A program made the position numbers and the translations under genes. Source: Candidatus Tenderia sp. (GTDB lineage: Bacteria; Pseudomonadota; Gammaproteobacteria; Tenderiales; Tenderiaceae). From it: 64,000 bases of DNA. Below the pieces are notes generated by a model. It was not told the origin of the DNA. It did no database searches and saw nothing but the letters and a program-made list of their open reading frames with translations. The DNA is taken from assembly GCA_031416075.1 (NCBI GenBank), contig JANOSY010000091.1, positions 32,001 through 96,000 of the forward strand, written 5' to 3'. Positions 27,281-36,443 of the stretch are shown here, piece after piece. How positions within the stretch are numbered: the stretch's first letter is position 1; the number at the start of each line of letters is the position of its first letter.

Positions 27281-28759
27281 TTACTCCAGGCCTGCTTCAG
27301 CCATGGCGACGGCGCGAAAGATAGCCCGCCCCTTGTTCATGGTCTCATCCCATTCGTTCTTAGCCACTGAGTCAGACACCACACCGGCACCGGCCTGGAT
27401 ATGCAGCTTGCCGTCTTTGATAACGGCCGTGCGAATGGCGATGGCGGTATCCATATTGCCGTTCCAACCAATGTAACCCACGGCACCACCATAGACACCC
27501 CGTTTCACCGGTTCCAGTTCGTCAATAATCTCCATGGCACGAATTTTTGGCGCGCCAGAGAGCGTACCCGCCGGAAATGTGGCGCGCAGTACATCCATCG
27601 CATTGAGTCCTGGCTTTAACTTGCCGGTAACGTTGGAGACGATGTGCATGACGTGTGAATAGCGCTCAACCGCCATCTTTTCCGTAATTTTGACAGAACC
27701 AATCTCGGCAACACGACCCACATCGTTGCGTCCCAGATCGATGAGCATCAGATGCTCCGCCAGCTCTTTGGGGTCGGCCAGTAACTCTTGCTCCAGTGCC
27801 AGATCCTGCTCCGGTGTCGCCCCCCGTGGCCGGGTGCCCGCAATTGGACGCACTGTCACCTCACCATCCTCCAGCCGTGTCAATATCTCCGGTGAGGAGC
27901 CCACCACCTGGAACCCATCCAGATTGAGATAAAACATATAAGGTGATGGATTGAGACTCCGCAGGGCGCGGTAAAGATCCAGCGGCTCCGCTGTATATGG
28001 AATGCTCAGGCGTTGCGACAATACCACCTGCATACAGTCACCCTCAACGATGTACTGCTTAACTCGATTCACTGCTGACTCAAACGCCCGCTTGCCAAAG
28101 CCGGATCTGAAGTCGTTTTCAACCACACGGCGGGGTTCACGCTTCTTGGCGGCGGCTGGCAACGCCTGATGGCGTAGCTGCCCCACAATCCCATCGAGAC
28201 GTTTTTGCCCCTGCTCGTACGCCCCCTCCAGGGCAGGATCAACATGCACAACCACGTATAATCGGCCACGCAGATTATCAAAGACCACCACCTCATCCGA
28301 GACCAACAACAGGATATCCGGCACATCAAGGGGGTCTTCATTCACCTTATCCTTCAAACACGGCTCGATATAACGGACAGTATCGTAACCAAAGTAACCC
28401 ACCAGACCGCCAGTAAAGCGCGGCAAACCTGGAACGGCAGGTACTTTGAACTGGGCGCGAAAGGCTTCAATGGCGGCCAGCGGATCATCCACCGTGGTTT
28501 TGCCCAACACTTTGCCTTCGTGTTCGACACTCATCTCATAGCCACGCACCTTAAGCACCGTGCGGCACGGCAGGCCGATGATTGAATAACGGCCCCACTT
28601 TTCACCGCCCTCAACAGACTCAAAGAGATAGGAGTAGGGTTCACTGGCCAGTTTCAGGTAAATACTTAGAGGAGTATCCAGATCCGCCATCACTTCACGC
28701 ATCAGCGGTATGCGGTTATAACCCTCCGCAGCCAGGGCATCGAACTGTTCATGAGTCAT
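27281..28759 (-). CDS. trpE: Anthranilate synthase component I
   Basis: DLDTPLS; [15 protein letters not shown]; NPSPY; RPIAGTR; [13 protein letters not shown]. Confidence 0.97.
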   Translation of the reverse strand: MTHEQFDALAAEGYNRIPLMREVMADLDTPLSIYLKLASEPYSYLFESVEGGEKWGRYSIIGLPCRTVLKVRGYEMSVEHEGKVLGKTTVDDPLAAIEAFRAQFKVPAVPGLPRFTGGLVGYFGYDTVRYIEPCLKDKVNEDPLDVPDILLLVSDEVVVFDNLRGRLYVVVHVDPALEGAYEQGQKRLDGIVGQLRHQALPAAAKKREPRRVVENDFRSGFGKRAFESAVNRVKQYIVEGDCMQVVLSQRLSIPYTAEPLDLYRALRSLNPSPYMFYLNLDGFQVVGSSPEILTRLEDGEVTVRPIAGTRPRGATPEQDLALEQELLADPKELAEHLMLIDLGRNDVGRVAEIGSVKITEKMAVERYSHVMHIVSNVTGKLKPGLNAMDVLRATFPAGTLSGAPKIRAMEIIDELEPVKRGVYGGAVGYIGWNGNMDTAIAIRTAVIKDGKLHIQAGAGVVSDSVAKNEWDETMNKGRAIFRAVAMAEAGLE

Positions 28760-28814
28760 GATCATCACCTTTCAATTACATTTATCCATAAATCCAAACG
28801 CCATACGCGGTGCA

Positions 28815-28883
28815 TCACCATCGTCTGCCAGAGTGGTTCATGACAATATGTACTTGTTGGGTAACTGTTATCCCGTTATTCAT
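28815..28883 (-). other. Putative leader uORF MNNGITVTQQVHIVMNHSGRRW*
   Basis: Starts in an ATGA overlap with the gph stop; ends in Arg-Arg-Trp immediately upstream of trpE. Confidence 0.3.
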
Positions 28884-29563
28884 GCAATTTTCTCAAACAG
28901 CCCTTTCAGATCGGCCAGTGACTCAACCAGATCATCCGGCTTTGCCTCAAGGATATCCTGGCCATGATTATAACCATAAGGCACACAAACCACCTGGAAC
29001 CCCGCATTGCGGGCCGCCTGCACATCATGCATGGAGTCGCCGACCATCAAGCAATCAGCCGCAGCCACACCGAGCTGTTCAGCCGCGTAGAGTAACGGCA
29101 TCGGATCCGGCTTCTTCTTGGCAGTGGTATCACCACTCACCACCAGATCAAACCGGTCATAAATGGCCATATCCTTCAACAACGGCACTGTAAACGCCGC
29201 CGCCTTATTGGTAACACAACCGATCTTGATGCCACTAGCCTTAAGGTACTCAAGCCCCTCAACCACACCCTCATACAGACAGCTGCGGCCACTGGTATTG
29301 TTGGCGTAGAGTTCCATATAGATCGGTAACGCCTTTTCAAACTCGGCAGGATCGGGGTCGACCCACAACTCATTGGTAAGCGCCCGCATTACCAGACGCT
29401 CAACACCATTGCCAACCCACATGCGCACCTTGGCCTCACCCCATGCCGGACGACCTAACGCCTTCATCATCTCGTCAGTGCAATAAGCCAGATCAGGCAC
29501 ACTATCAACCATCGTGCCATCAAGATCGATCAAAACCAGCCTTGGTACTTTGTTCAAGCTCAT
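28880..29563 (-). CDS. gph: Phosphoglycolate phosphatase
   Basis: DLDGTMVDS; TNK; KKPDP; MVGDS. Confidence 0.95.
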   Translation of the reverse strand: MSLNKVPRLVLIDLDGTMVDSVPDLAYCTDEMMKALGRPAWGEAKVRMWVGNGVERLVMRALTNELWVDPDPAEFEKALPIYMELYANNTSGRSCLYEGVVEGLEYLKASGIKIGCVTNKAAAFTVPLLKDMAIYDRFDLVVSGDTTAKKKPDPMPLLYAAEQLGVAAADCLMVGDSMHDVQAARNAGFQVVCVPYGYNHGQDILEAKPDDLVESLADLKGLFEKIA

Positions 29564-29569
29564 CAGCCG

Positions 29570-30259
29570 TTATTTCGCTTTAGCAAGTTCGGCACGCATC
29601 GCAGCAACCACTGTATCGTAGCCGTTAGCATCGCTGCTCTTGCTCGCGCCAAAAATCGCTGACCCAGCAACAAAGGTATCTGCACCTGCTTCAGCAATCG
29701 CACGAATGTTCTCCACCTTAACGCCACCATCAATCTCAAGGCGGATATCACGACCAGAGGCATCGATGATCTTGCGTGCCTCACGCAGCTTATCGAGCGT
29801 GGCAGGGATAAAGCTCTGGCCACCAAAACCGGGGTTAACCGACATCAATAGCACCATATCGACCTTATCAATCACATATTTCAATACATCCAGCGAGGTG
29901 GCCGGATTGAAAACCAGACCCGCTTTACACCCTTCACCCTTAATCAACTGCAAGGTGCGATCGATATGCTCAGAGGCTTCGGGGTGGAAGGTAATATAGG
30001 TGGCACCCGCCTTGGCAAAGTCAGGAATGATCCGGTCAACCGGCTTCACCATTAGATGTACATCGATCGGTGCCGTTACGCCATGTTTGCGTAACGCTTC
30101 ACAAACCAGAGGGCCAATCGTCAAATTCGGTACATAGTGGTTATCCATAACATCAAAATGCACGATGTCCGTACCGGCATTTAATACATTCACCACTTCC
30201 TCACCCAAACGGGCAAAATCGGCGGACAAAATCGAAGGGGCGATTTTGAAATCTAACAT
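29570..30259 (-). CDS. rpe: Ribulose-phosphate 3-epimerase
   Basis: [10 protein letters not shown]; [14 protein letters not shown]; [10 protein letters not shown]; IDGGV. Confidence 0.97.
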   Translation of the reverse strand: MLDFKIAPSILSADFARLGEEVVNVLNAGTDIVHFDVMDNHYVPNLTIGPLVCEALRKHGVTAPIDVHLMVKPVDRIIPDFAKAGATYITFHPEASEHIDRTLQLIKGEGCKAGLVFNPATSLDVLKYVIDKVDMVLLMSVNPGFGGQSFIPATLDKLREARKIIDASGRDIRLEIDGGVKVENIRAIAEAGADTFVAGSAIFGASKSSDANGYDTVVAAMRAELAKAK

Positions 30260-30415
30260 GGCAAACCTCTACATTGTTTTAGATTAATCAATGACTTCTG
30301 CGGATCTCAGGTAAAGCACGCAGAGCAAACAGCCGCTAACTCTACCCGAATAGAGCAAAACTTTCACTCTCAGCGACTCAACAATTGCCCCTGCAATTTG
30401 GACCCATCGTAAACG

Positions 30416-31333
30416 GTGCTCATAATAAATATAAAAAACAATAAGTTATATTCTTTTCTCCATTTAGCTTGGTGGTTATTACTCATTACCCCAACACTGC
30501 TAGCTGCTGAAGATTTATCACCCATACAAGCACAAAATGAACTTAACCTGGCAGAAGCACTGGCAAGCAGACTCAACCCCGGTGAGGCGCTCTGGCTGGA
30601 TACAGAGCAAGATAAATTTTTGGCTATATATACACCCAATCTAAACGGCCACCCCAAGGGAGGAACCGTGATCCTTCATGACGCCAACGGCCACCCAGAC
30701 TGGCCCAATGTCATCAAACCACTGCGCAAATCATTACCGCTTTACGGCTGGGCCACCCTCTCAGTCCAGCTGCCTCAACTCAACAACATTGATGGCTACA
30801 TCCCCTATCAACAACTCATCAACAGCCGAATTCAAAAAGCCGTCAAGCACCTACAATCAACCGGCATCAGTAATATCGTGGTCATCGGTCACGGCAGTGG
30901 TGGCATGGCCGCGGCCGCCTATCTTGCCAGTGACAACAGCCCCCCGGAGATCCGCGGTTTTATCGGCATTGGCCTGAGTGTCATTCCATCAGAGCACAAT
31001 GAAAACTACCTACCACTACACCTTGAAAAGATAAAACTGCCCATCCTTGACATCTATGGCAGTCGCGACCTCAGCAGCGTTATCAATACTGCCGGGCAAC
31101 GCTCTCAAGCAGCCAAGCAGTCCAGCCTTAACGCTGCCAACAACAACGAACAAGAACCCTACAAAAAAGCAGGACTATCGATGACCACCAACAACGTGCA
31201 AGGATACATCGCATATCGACAGGTCATCATCGACAGTGCCAATCACAACTTCGAGAGGGAAGCCAACACACTCAGCAAACGCGTGTTAGGCTGGCTCGAC
31301 CGCCATACCAGAGACACAGTCATCCCACCATAG
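30416..31333 (+). CDS. DUF3530-like alpha/beta-hydrolase-fold protein
   Basis: VILHD..GHPDWP.VI.PLR..L...GWATLS; VIGHGSG; LPILDIYG. Confidence 0.75.
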   Translation: MLIINIKNNKLYSFLHLAWWLLLITPTLLAAEDLSPIQAQNELNLAEALASRLNPGEALWLDTEQDKFLAIYTPNLNGHPKGGTVILHDANGHPDWPNVIKPLRKSLPLYGWATLSVQLPQLNNIDGYIPYQQLINSRIQKAVKHLQSTGISNIVVIGHGSGGMAAAAYLASDNSPPEIRGFIGIGLSVIPSEHNENYLPLHLEKIKLPILDIYGSRDLSSVINTAGQRSQAAKQSSLNAANNNEQEPYKKAGLSMTTNNVQGYIAYRQVIIDSANHNFEREANTLSKRVLGWLDRHTRDTVIPP

Positions 31334-31341
31334 AGGTAACA

Positions 31342-31797
31342 ATGTCCATCGCAATCACACTTCACCTGCTCGCCGCCATGATCTGGATCGGCGGAATGTT
31401 TTTCGCCTACATGGTGCTTCGTCCATGCGCCGCACAACTACTGCCACCACCACAACGAATCACACTCTGGCACGGCTGTTTCAAACAGTTCTTTCCATGG
31501 GTATGGGGCAGCATAATAGTACTTGCAGGAACAGGCTACGGCATGACGCTGCTGCTTTTTGGTGGGATTAGTGGCAGTGGTTGGCACATAAAGGTTATGG
31601 GGTTCAACGGCTTACTAATGATCACCCTTTTTATCTATCTATATCTACATCCTTACGCCCAATTTAAACGTCTGGTGGATAAAGAAAACTACCCAGAAGC
31701 CGGGCAGGCATTAGCCACCATCAGAACCGTTATCGGAACCAACCTGATCATCGGCCTATTAACCACTATCACCGCAGCAATGGGCCGAACCAGCTAA
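31342..31797 (+). CDS. CopD-like integral membrane protein
   Basis: LHLLAAMIWIGGMFFAYMVLRP; four TM segments; IR....TNL. Confidence 0.75.
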   Translation: MSIAITLHLLAAMIWIGGMFFAYMVLRPCAAQLLPPPQRITLWHGCFKQFFPWVWGSIIVLAGTGYGMTLLLFGGISGSGWHIKVMGFNGLLMITLFIYLYLHPYAQFKRLVDKENYPEAGQALATIRTVIGTNLIIGLLTTITAAMGRTS

Positions 31798-31927
31798 GGA
31801 ACCTCTGAATAAATCCTCCGTTCGTGGTGAGCTTGTCGAACCATGAATAGAGGACAGTTAACAATCAATAGGTTATGTTGCCAGCCCTTCGACAGGCTCA
31901 GGGCGAACGGGGTTATTCAGAGGTTCT
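31798..31927. mobile_element. 130-bp MITE (IS5-like ends) with an internal REP-like doublet
   Basis: 14-bp perfect TIR GAACCTCTGAATAA (31799-31812) / TTATTCAGAGGTTC (31913-31926); CTAA direct repeats at 31794-31797 and 31928-31931. Confidence 0.75.
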
Positions 31928-31954
31928 CTAACACTAATGGACCAAAATTTTGGC

Positions 31955-31983
31955 AAAAAAAAGCGGGGCACACCCCGCTTTTT
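31955..31983. terminator. Bidirectional terminator at the end of the act operon
   Basis: A8-GCGGGG-N4-CCCCGC-T5. Confidence 0.8.
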
Positions 31984-32006
31984 ACATTCTATAGAAAAGC
32001 TTAATT

Positions 32007-33044
32007 TCAGCTACGGATCAAACCATAACGAGTCAAACTCCACTTCACGGCCACCCAAGAGACCGCTACAACGGCAATAGTCACACCAATATCCCACAAT
32101 GAACTCATCGGCGTATGGTAGTACTGAGGATCAGTAGAACCTGAGATCCACGTATAACGTTCCAACCACGAGCCTATCAAGATGCTAAAGGCCACCATTA
32201 CAATTACAACCGGGTTATGGCGGTTAGGTGTAAATGCCAGCGTACAGAACGGAATGACAAACTTAAGCACCAGGAAGAGCCACCACAGACCACTCATATA
32301 ATCCATCATATTGTCATAACGAATCATCTCCTCAGGCAGACGTCCGTACCACATGATCAGATACTGAGTGAAATAGAGGTAAGTCCAGAGAATAGTCATC
32401 GCCAGCATAAACTGAGCCATAAAATTGAAGATATAACTCTGAACACCACCCGCTACCAATTTGCCTGAGCGATTCAAGAAGAACAGGAAAATAGTGAAGA
32501 AGGCCAAGAACATATGAAAATTACTTTGGAAATGGTACGCACCATAACTGGCACTATGCCAACCAGGGTTCAACCCTTGAGTCATTTCGAAGTCCCACGC
32601 CACCATCGAGCCATAAGCAAAATAGAAAAATGGAATCAGCAGGGCAATATTCCGGAATCGACGTTGCGCCACATATGAACTATCAATTGCGGCTTGATGT
32701 TGAAGCTTAATAAACAGCAGGTAGAGGCCTGCAACAACCAAGAAACCTACCACCTCCCTCGCAACCAGGAATGTATAATTGTGCCAACCAGGCAGATGAT
32801 GCTCAGCATCATGTGCATGAGTCAGCCATGGAAACGCAGCCTCACCAGACGCCAGTATTATCAACAACAATACAAACGCTATTGGAAATAACACCGCCAG
32901 CGAACAGGCCAGATAACGAACCTGGAAACGCCATTGACCGTTACACAGATGTAACACAGCTGACAGGGTCACACCACCCAACGCCAGATATAGCACTAAT
33001 ATGAAGTTGGTCATCACAACCGACCAGAAGCCAAAGTTTTCCAT
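32007..33044 (-). CDS. actF: Alternative complex III membrane subunit ActF (NrfD-like)
   Basis: Multi-TM; WDFEMT..PGWHS; LWTYLYFTQYLIMWYGRLPEE. Confidence 0.8.
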   Translation of the reverse strand: MENFGFWSVVMTNFILVLYLALGGVTLSAVLHLCNGQWRFQVRYLACSLAVLFPIAFVLLLIILASGEAAFPWLTHAHDAEHHLPGWHNYTFLVAREVVGFLVVAGLYLLFIKLQHQAAIDSSYVAQRRFRNIALLIPFFYFAYGSMVAWDFEMTQGLNPGWHSASYGAYHFQSNFHMFLAFFTIFLFFLNRSGKLVAGGVQSYIFNFMAQFMLAMTILWTYLYFTQYLIMWYGRLPEEMIRYDNMMDYMSGLWWLFLVLKFVIPFCTLAFTPNRHNPVVIVMVAFSILIGSWLERYTWISGSTDPQYYHTPMSSLWDIGVTIAVVAVSWVAVKWSLTRYGLIRS

Positions 33045-33077
33045 GCTACCCCTCGTAATTTATTGAATTTTTACTCA

Positions 33078-33620
33078 TTACTTGGCCACAACAGAACTGG
33101 CAGCCGCCGCATGGTCTTTCACTAGACCATTTTTAATGTAATTAACAACGTGCCAGCGTTCTTCAACACTGAGGTCATTAGAGCCACGTTTACCCTGCGG
33201 CACACCGTATGCCGGCATAACATAGCTACCAAACGTAATAGTTCCCCAGAGCCAACCTTCACTTAAGTTTTCTTGGACATAGCTATCTGTCAGACTAATC
33301 GCACCGATCTTGCTACTCACAGGTGAGTCAGCCGCACCTGTCAAACCATGACAAGCCGCACAATATATTACAAACAACCCTTGCCCTTTTTTAAGCGACT
33401 CAGGCGACACAGCTACCGGATTTACCATCTCCTTTGCTTCATCTCTACTAGCAACCTTGGTTGGAATCCCTGTAGTTGGAATAGAGCGCTCAGGAAAGGG
33501 GATCATCACCCCCTCTTGAGGCTTGATGCTCGGCTGGTTCATCATATCGGTTGACCATGGCCAAGCCAACGCCGCAGTTGGCACCATCAGTGCGCCCGCA
33601 ATTACACTCTTAAACCTCAT
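33078..33620 (-). CDS. actE: Alternative complex III monoheme cytochrome ActE
   Basis: DMMNQPSIKPQE; CAACHG; MPAYG; ERWHVVNYI. Confidence 0.82.
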   Translation of the reverse strand: MRFKSVIAGALMVPTAALAWPWSTDMMNQPSIKPQEGVMIPFPERSIPTTGIPTKVASRDEAKEMVNPVAVSPESLKKGQGLFVIYCAACHGLTGAADSPVSSKIGAISLTDSYVQENLSEGWLWGTITFGSYVMPAYGVPQGKRGSNDLSVEERWHVVNYIKNGLVKDHAAAASSVVAK

Positions 33621-34144
33621 TGCGACACCTCTTCACGAATTTCCAGCACTTTATGCTTTTTGAACAGTTCCTTGATCGGATTGATATTTTTTTCATCCAG
33701 CTCCAACAACACCCCAATCTGGTCAAGACTGACCTTCTCGGAGTAAAGCGGATGACGTCTGGTGAACAAACGCGCACTAATGAAAAAGCCGACGACGGTT
33801 GACAGCACTCCGAAGAGGATTAGTAGTTCGTAGGTCAGCACTATATTAGATGGCAAGGGTATAACAGGTTTACCGCCCTGCGGCTGAACCAGGAAACTTG
33901 CCTGAGCTGAAGCCAGGAACAGAAAACCAAAACACATTCCAAAAATCGCACCAAACAAAGTGAACTTCGGTATTGGCGAGCCTCTGTCTCCTAAAACCTC
34001 TTCAATTTCAGGATGCTCTATTGGAGACTTCAAGGTCACATCATCAACCGAAACCCCTGGAACCGCATGGTTACGGATCTCAGCGATGGTGGCAAACGCC
34101 TCCTCAAAGTTGCTAAACAAACCCATGACGTAATAACGCTTCAT
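33617..34144 (-). CDS. actD: Alternative complex III subunit ActD (DUF3341-like)
   Basis: GLFS; SPIEHPE; two TM helices around GGKP...P....TYEL. Confidence 0.82.
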   Translation of the reverse strand: MKRYYVMGLFSNFEEAFATIAEIRNHAVPGVSVDDVTLKSPIEHPEIEEVLGDRGSPIPKFTLFGAIFGMCFGFLFLASAQASFLVQPQGGKPVIPLPSNIVLTYELLILFGVLSTVVGFFISARLFTRRHPLYSEKVSLDQIGVLLELDEKNINPIKELFKKHKVLEIREEVSQ

Positions 34145-34146
34145 GA

Positions 34147-35556
34147 TCAAACTCCCTCTGTACTTGGCGTACTGCCTGGCTGAGGGTCTTCAGCACGACG
34201 ATGCAGTGAGACCGCCAAGTCTGGACGATGTGCTGTACGGCGATGAAACACCATCTCTTTAACTTCATACATAGAGACCGATGGAAACACCTTAACAAAC
34301 ACCAGGAACAGCAGGCCGAACCAGCCAAAACTGCCAAACACGATTGCCCACTGCACCATACCCGGCCAAACGACGGACCAGGCAAACGGCTCATAATTAT
34401 GTGACAGCGTCGGACCCACGATCATCCAGCGCTCCAGCCACATGCCCAGATTGAGGAACAGAGACACCACAAACATGGTTGGCAAGTGCTGGCGCAGCTT
34501 CTCAAAGGCTAGGGCAAACGGCATCACAGAACCCAGGAAGAGCATCATCCAGAAGAACGGCGCATAGGTACCGGTGAACTTCCAGTAGAGCAACTCCTTG
34601 GCGACCATGTCGTGGCCATACCATGTGGCAGCAAACTCAACCAGATTCAGGTAGGTCCAGACCATGGCAATGGCGAAAGTCAGCTTACACACCTTCTCCA
34701 AAATCGGAATGGTCATATACTCTTCAAAGCGGAAGAAATACCGCAGAATGATGAACAGGGTAATGATCGCAGCACAACCTGAATACAACGCCCCAGCTAC
34801 GAAGTAAGGAGGGAAGGTTGTTACGTGCCAGCCCGGCATGATGGACATGGCGAAGTCAGCCGATACGATGGAGTGCACCGATACCGCCAGCGGAATCAGG
34901 AAGCAGGCCATCAACAGGTAGATACGGCGGAAGTTACGCCATTGACGATCGTCACCCTGCCATCCCAAGGACAGTACAGTGTAGAGCTTCTGACGCCAAC
35001 CACGCGCATTGTCACGACAGATCGCCAGGTCAGGAATCATACCGATGAACAGGAATAGCGCTGACGATGTGAGATAGGTCGTAATCGCAAACGCATCCCA
35101 TGACAGCGGTGAACGGAAGTTCGGCCAAATGCCACGGTCACTGACATAGGGCAGCACCCAGTACATATTCCAGACACGCCCCAGGTGGATGATGGGGAAG
35201 AGGCCCGCCGTCATCAACGAGAATGTTGTCATCGCTTCGGCGAAGCGATAGATCGGCTTACGCCAGTCTGCATGAATGATATGGAGAATCGCCGACAATA
35301 ACGTGCCCGAGTGACTCATGCCGATCCAGAAGACGAAGGTGGCTATAAAAGGCCCCCACATCTGCGACCAGGTAAGATTACCTACCCCCAAGCCGACCTG
35401 GTACTGATAGATCTCCGCCACCACCGCACAACTGATCATGGCCAGACAGCACACAACCGCTATCCAGTACCCCATCCGCGGATTTTCCATGCTTCGCAGC
35501 ACATCCGCATTAATTTTTGCCCAAGCTATATTTTCATCAATATCTTTTGTTTGCAT
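34147..35556 (-). CDS. actC: Alternative complex III quinol-binding subunit ActC (NrfD/PsrC family)
   Basis: FVFWIGMSHSGTL.SAIL; RFAEAMT; WPNFRSPLSWD; SVHSIVS.DFA; GMWLERW. Confidence 0.92.
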   Translation of the reverse strand: MQTKDIDENIAWAKINADVLRSMENPRMGYWIAVVCCLAMISCAVVAEIYQYQVGLGVGNLTWSQMWGPFIATFVFWIGMSHSGTLLSAILHIIHADWRKPIYRFAEAMTTFSLMTAGLFPIIHLGRVWNMYWVLPYVSDRGIWPNFRSPLSWDAFAITTYLTSSALFLFIGMIPDLAICRDNARGWRQKLYTVLSLGWQGDDRQWRNFRRIYLLMACFLIPLAVSVHSIVSADFAMSIMPGWHVTTFPPYFVAGALYSGCAAIITLFIILRYFFRFEEYMTIPILEKVCKLTFAIAMVWTYLNLVEFAATWYGHDMVAKELLYWKFTGTYAPFFWMMLFLGSVMPFALAFEKLRQHLPTMFVVSLFLNLGMWLERWMIVGPTLSHNYEPFAWSVVWPGMVQWAIVFGSFGWFGLLFLVFVKVFPSVSMYEVKEMVFHRRTAHRPDLAVSLHRRAEDPQPGSTPSTEGV

Positions 35557-35597
35557 AGGTCACACCACTTTATATTTGTATGGCCATTACGGACGGA

Positions 35598-36443
35598 TTA
35601 GGCTTCACGCACTCGATCCAAATACAACACCTTAGGATCTGTATTCAACCCCTCCAGCACCCGATAACCGCGCAGCTCTTTGTTTTCTTTGCTCTGCTTC
35701 GCCTTCCCCAGCACTACCTGTTGTGACTCCCAGACCTTGCTAACCTTAGAGGTTTTATCCAAGAGATCACCAAAGATAATCGCCTGAGTCGGGCATGTCT
35801 GAGCACACGCCGTAATCACATCGCCGTCTTTCACCACACGCTCCTCACGCTGAGCCGTGTCCTTAGCTGTACGGATACGCTGCACACAGAAAGTACACTT
35901 CTCCATCACCCCCTTATCACGAACACTCAGGTCCGGATTCAACTGCATATGCAGAGGAGCGGGCCATGACTCTTCGTAATAAGAGTAAAAATTGAAATAA
36001 CGGAGACGATATGGACAGTTGTTTGAACAGTAGCGCGATCCGATACAGCGGTTATACACCTGTGCATTCAAACCATCCGGTGTATGGTAGGTAGCCGCGA
36101 CTGGGCAGACCGGTTCACAGGTTGCTGAATTACACTGCTGGCACATCATTGGCAAAACGCTGCCTCCACGCACCTGAAACTCACTGTCATCCCCACCCAA
36201 GTCGGGCTCATCCCAGTAGCGCTCCATCCGCAACCAGTGCATGCCCTGGTGTTTCATCATGCGATCTTTACCAACTGTGGCCAGATTATTTTCTGCATAA
36301 CAGGCAACAGAACACGCATTACAACCAGTGCATTTATTCAGATCGATAGCCATACCCCACATATGTTCATATGTGTGATGGCCACCCTCTTCCGCACCTT
36401 TGCGATAATTCGACCAATTCTCAAGAACATTCTTAAGCGACAT
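35598..36443 (-). CDS. Alternative complex III Fe-S subunit ActB2
   Basis: WGMAIDLNKCTGCNACSVACYAENN; CQQC..ATCEPVCP; CIGSRYCSNNCPY; GVMEKCTFCVQRI. Confidence 0.9.
   Translation of the reverse strand: MSLKNVLENWSNYRKGAEEGGHHTYEHMWGMAIDLNKCTGCNACSVACYAENNLATVGKDRMMKHQGMHWLRMERYWDEPDLGGDDSEFQVRGGSVLPMMCQQCNSATCEPVCPVAATYHTPDGLNAQVYNRCIGSRYCSNNCPYRLRYFNFYSYYEESWPAPLHMQLNPDLSVRDKGVMEKCTFCVQRIRTAKDTAQREERVVKDGDVITACAQTCPTQAIIFGDLLDKTSKVSKVWESQQVVLGKAKQSKENKELRGYRVLEGLNTDPKVLYLDRVREA

Noticed and set aside
30312-30339. Sixth sigma28-like motif TAAA-N16-GCCGCTAA before the DUF3530 gene
   Set aside because: Both the spacing and the core CGA deviate, and it overlaps a plausible sigma70 -10 for divergent rpe.
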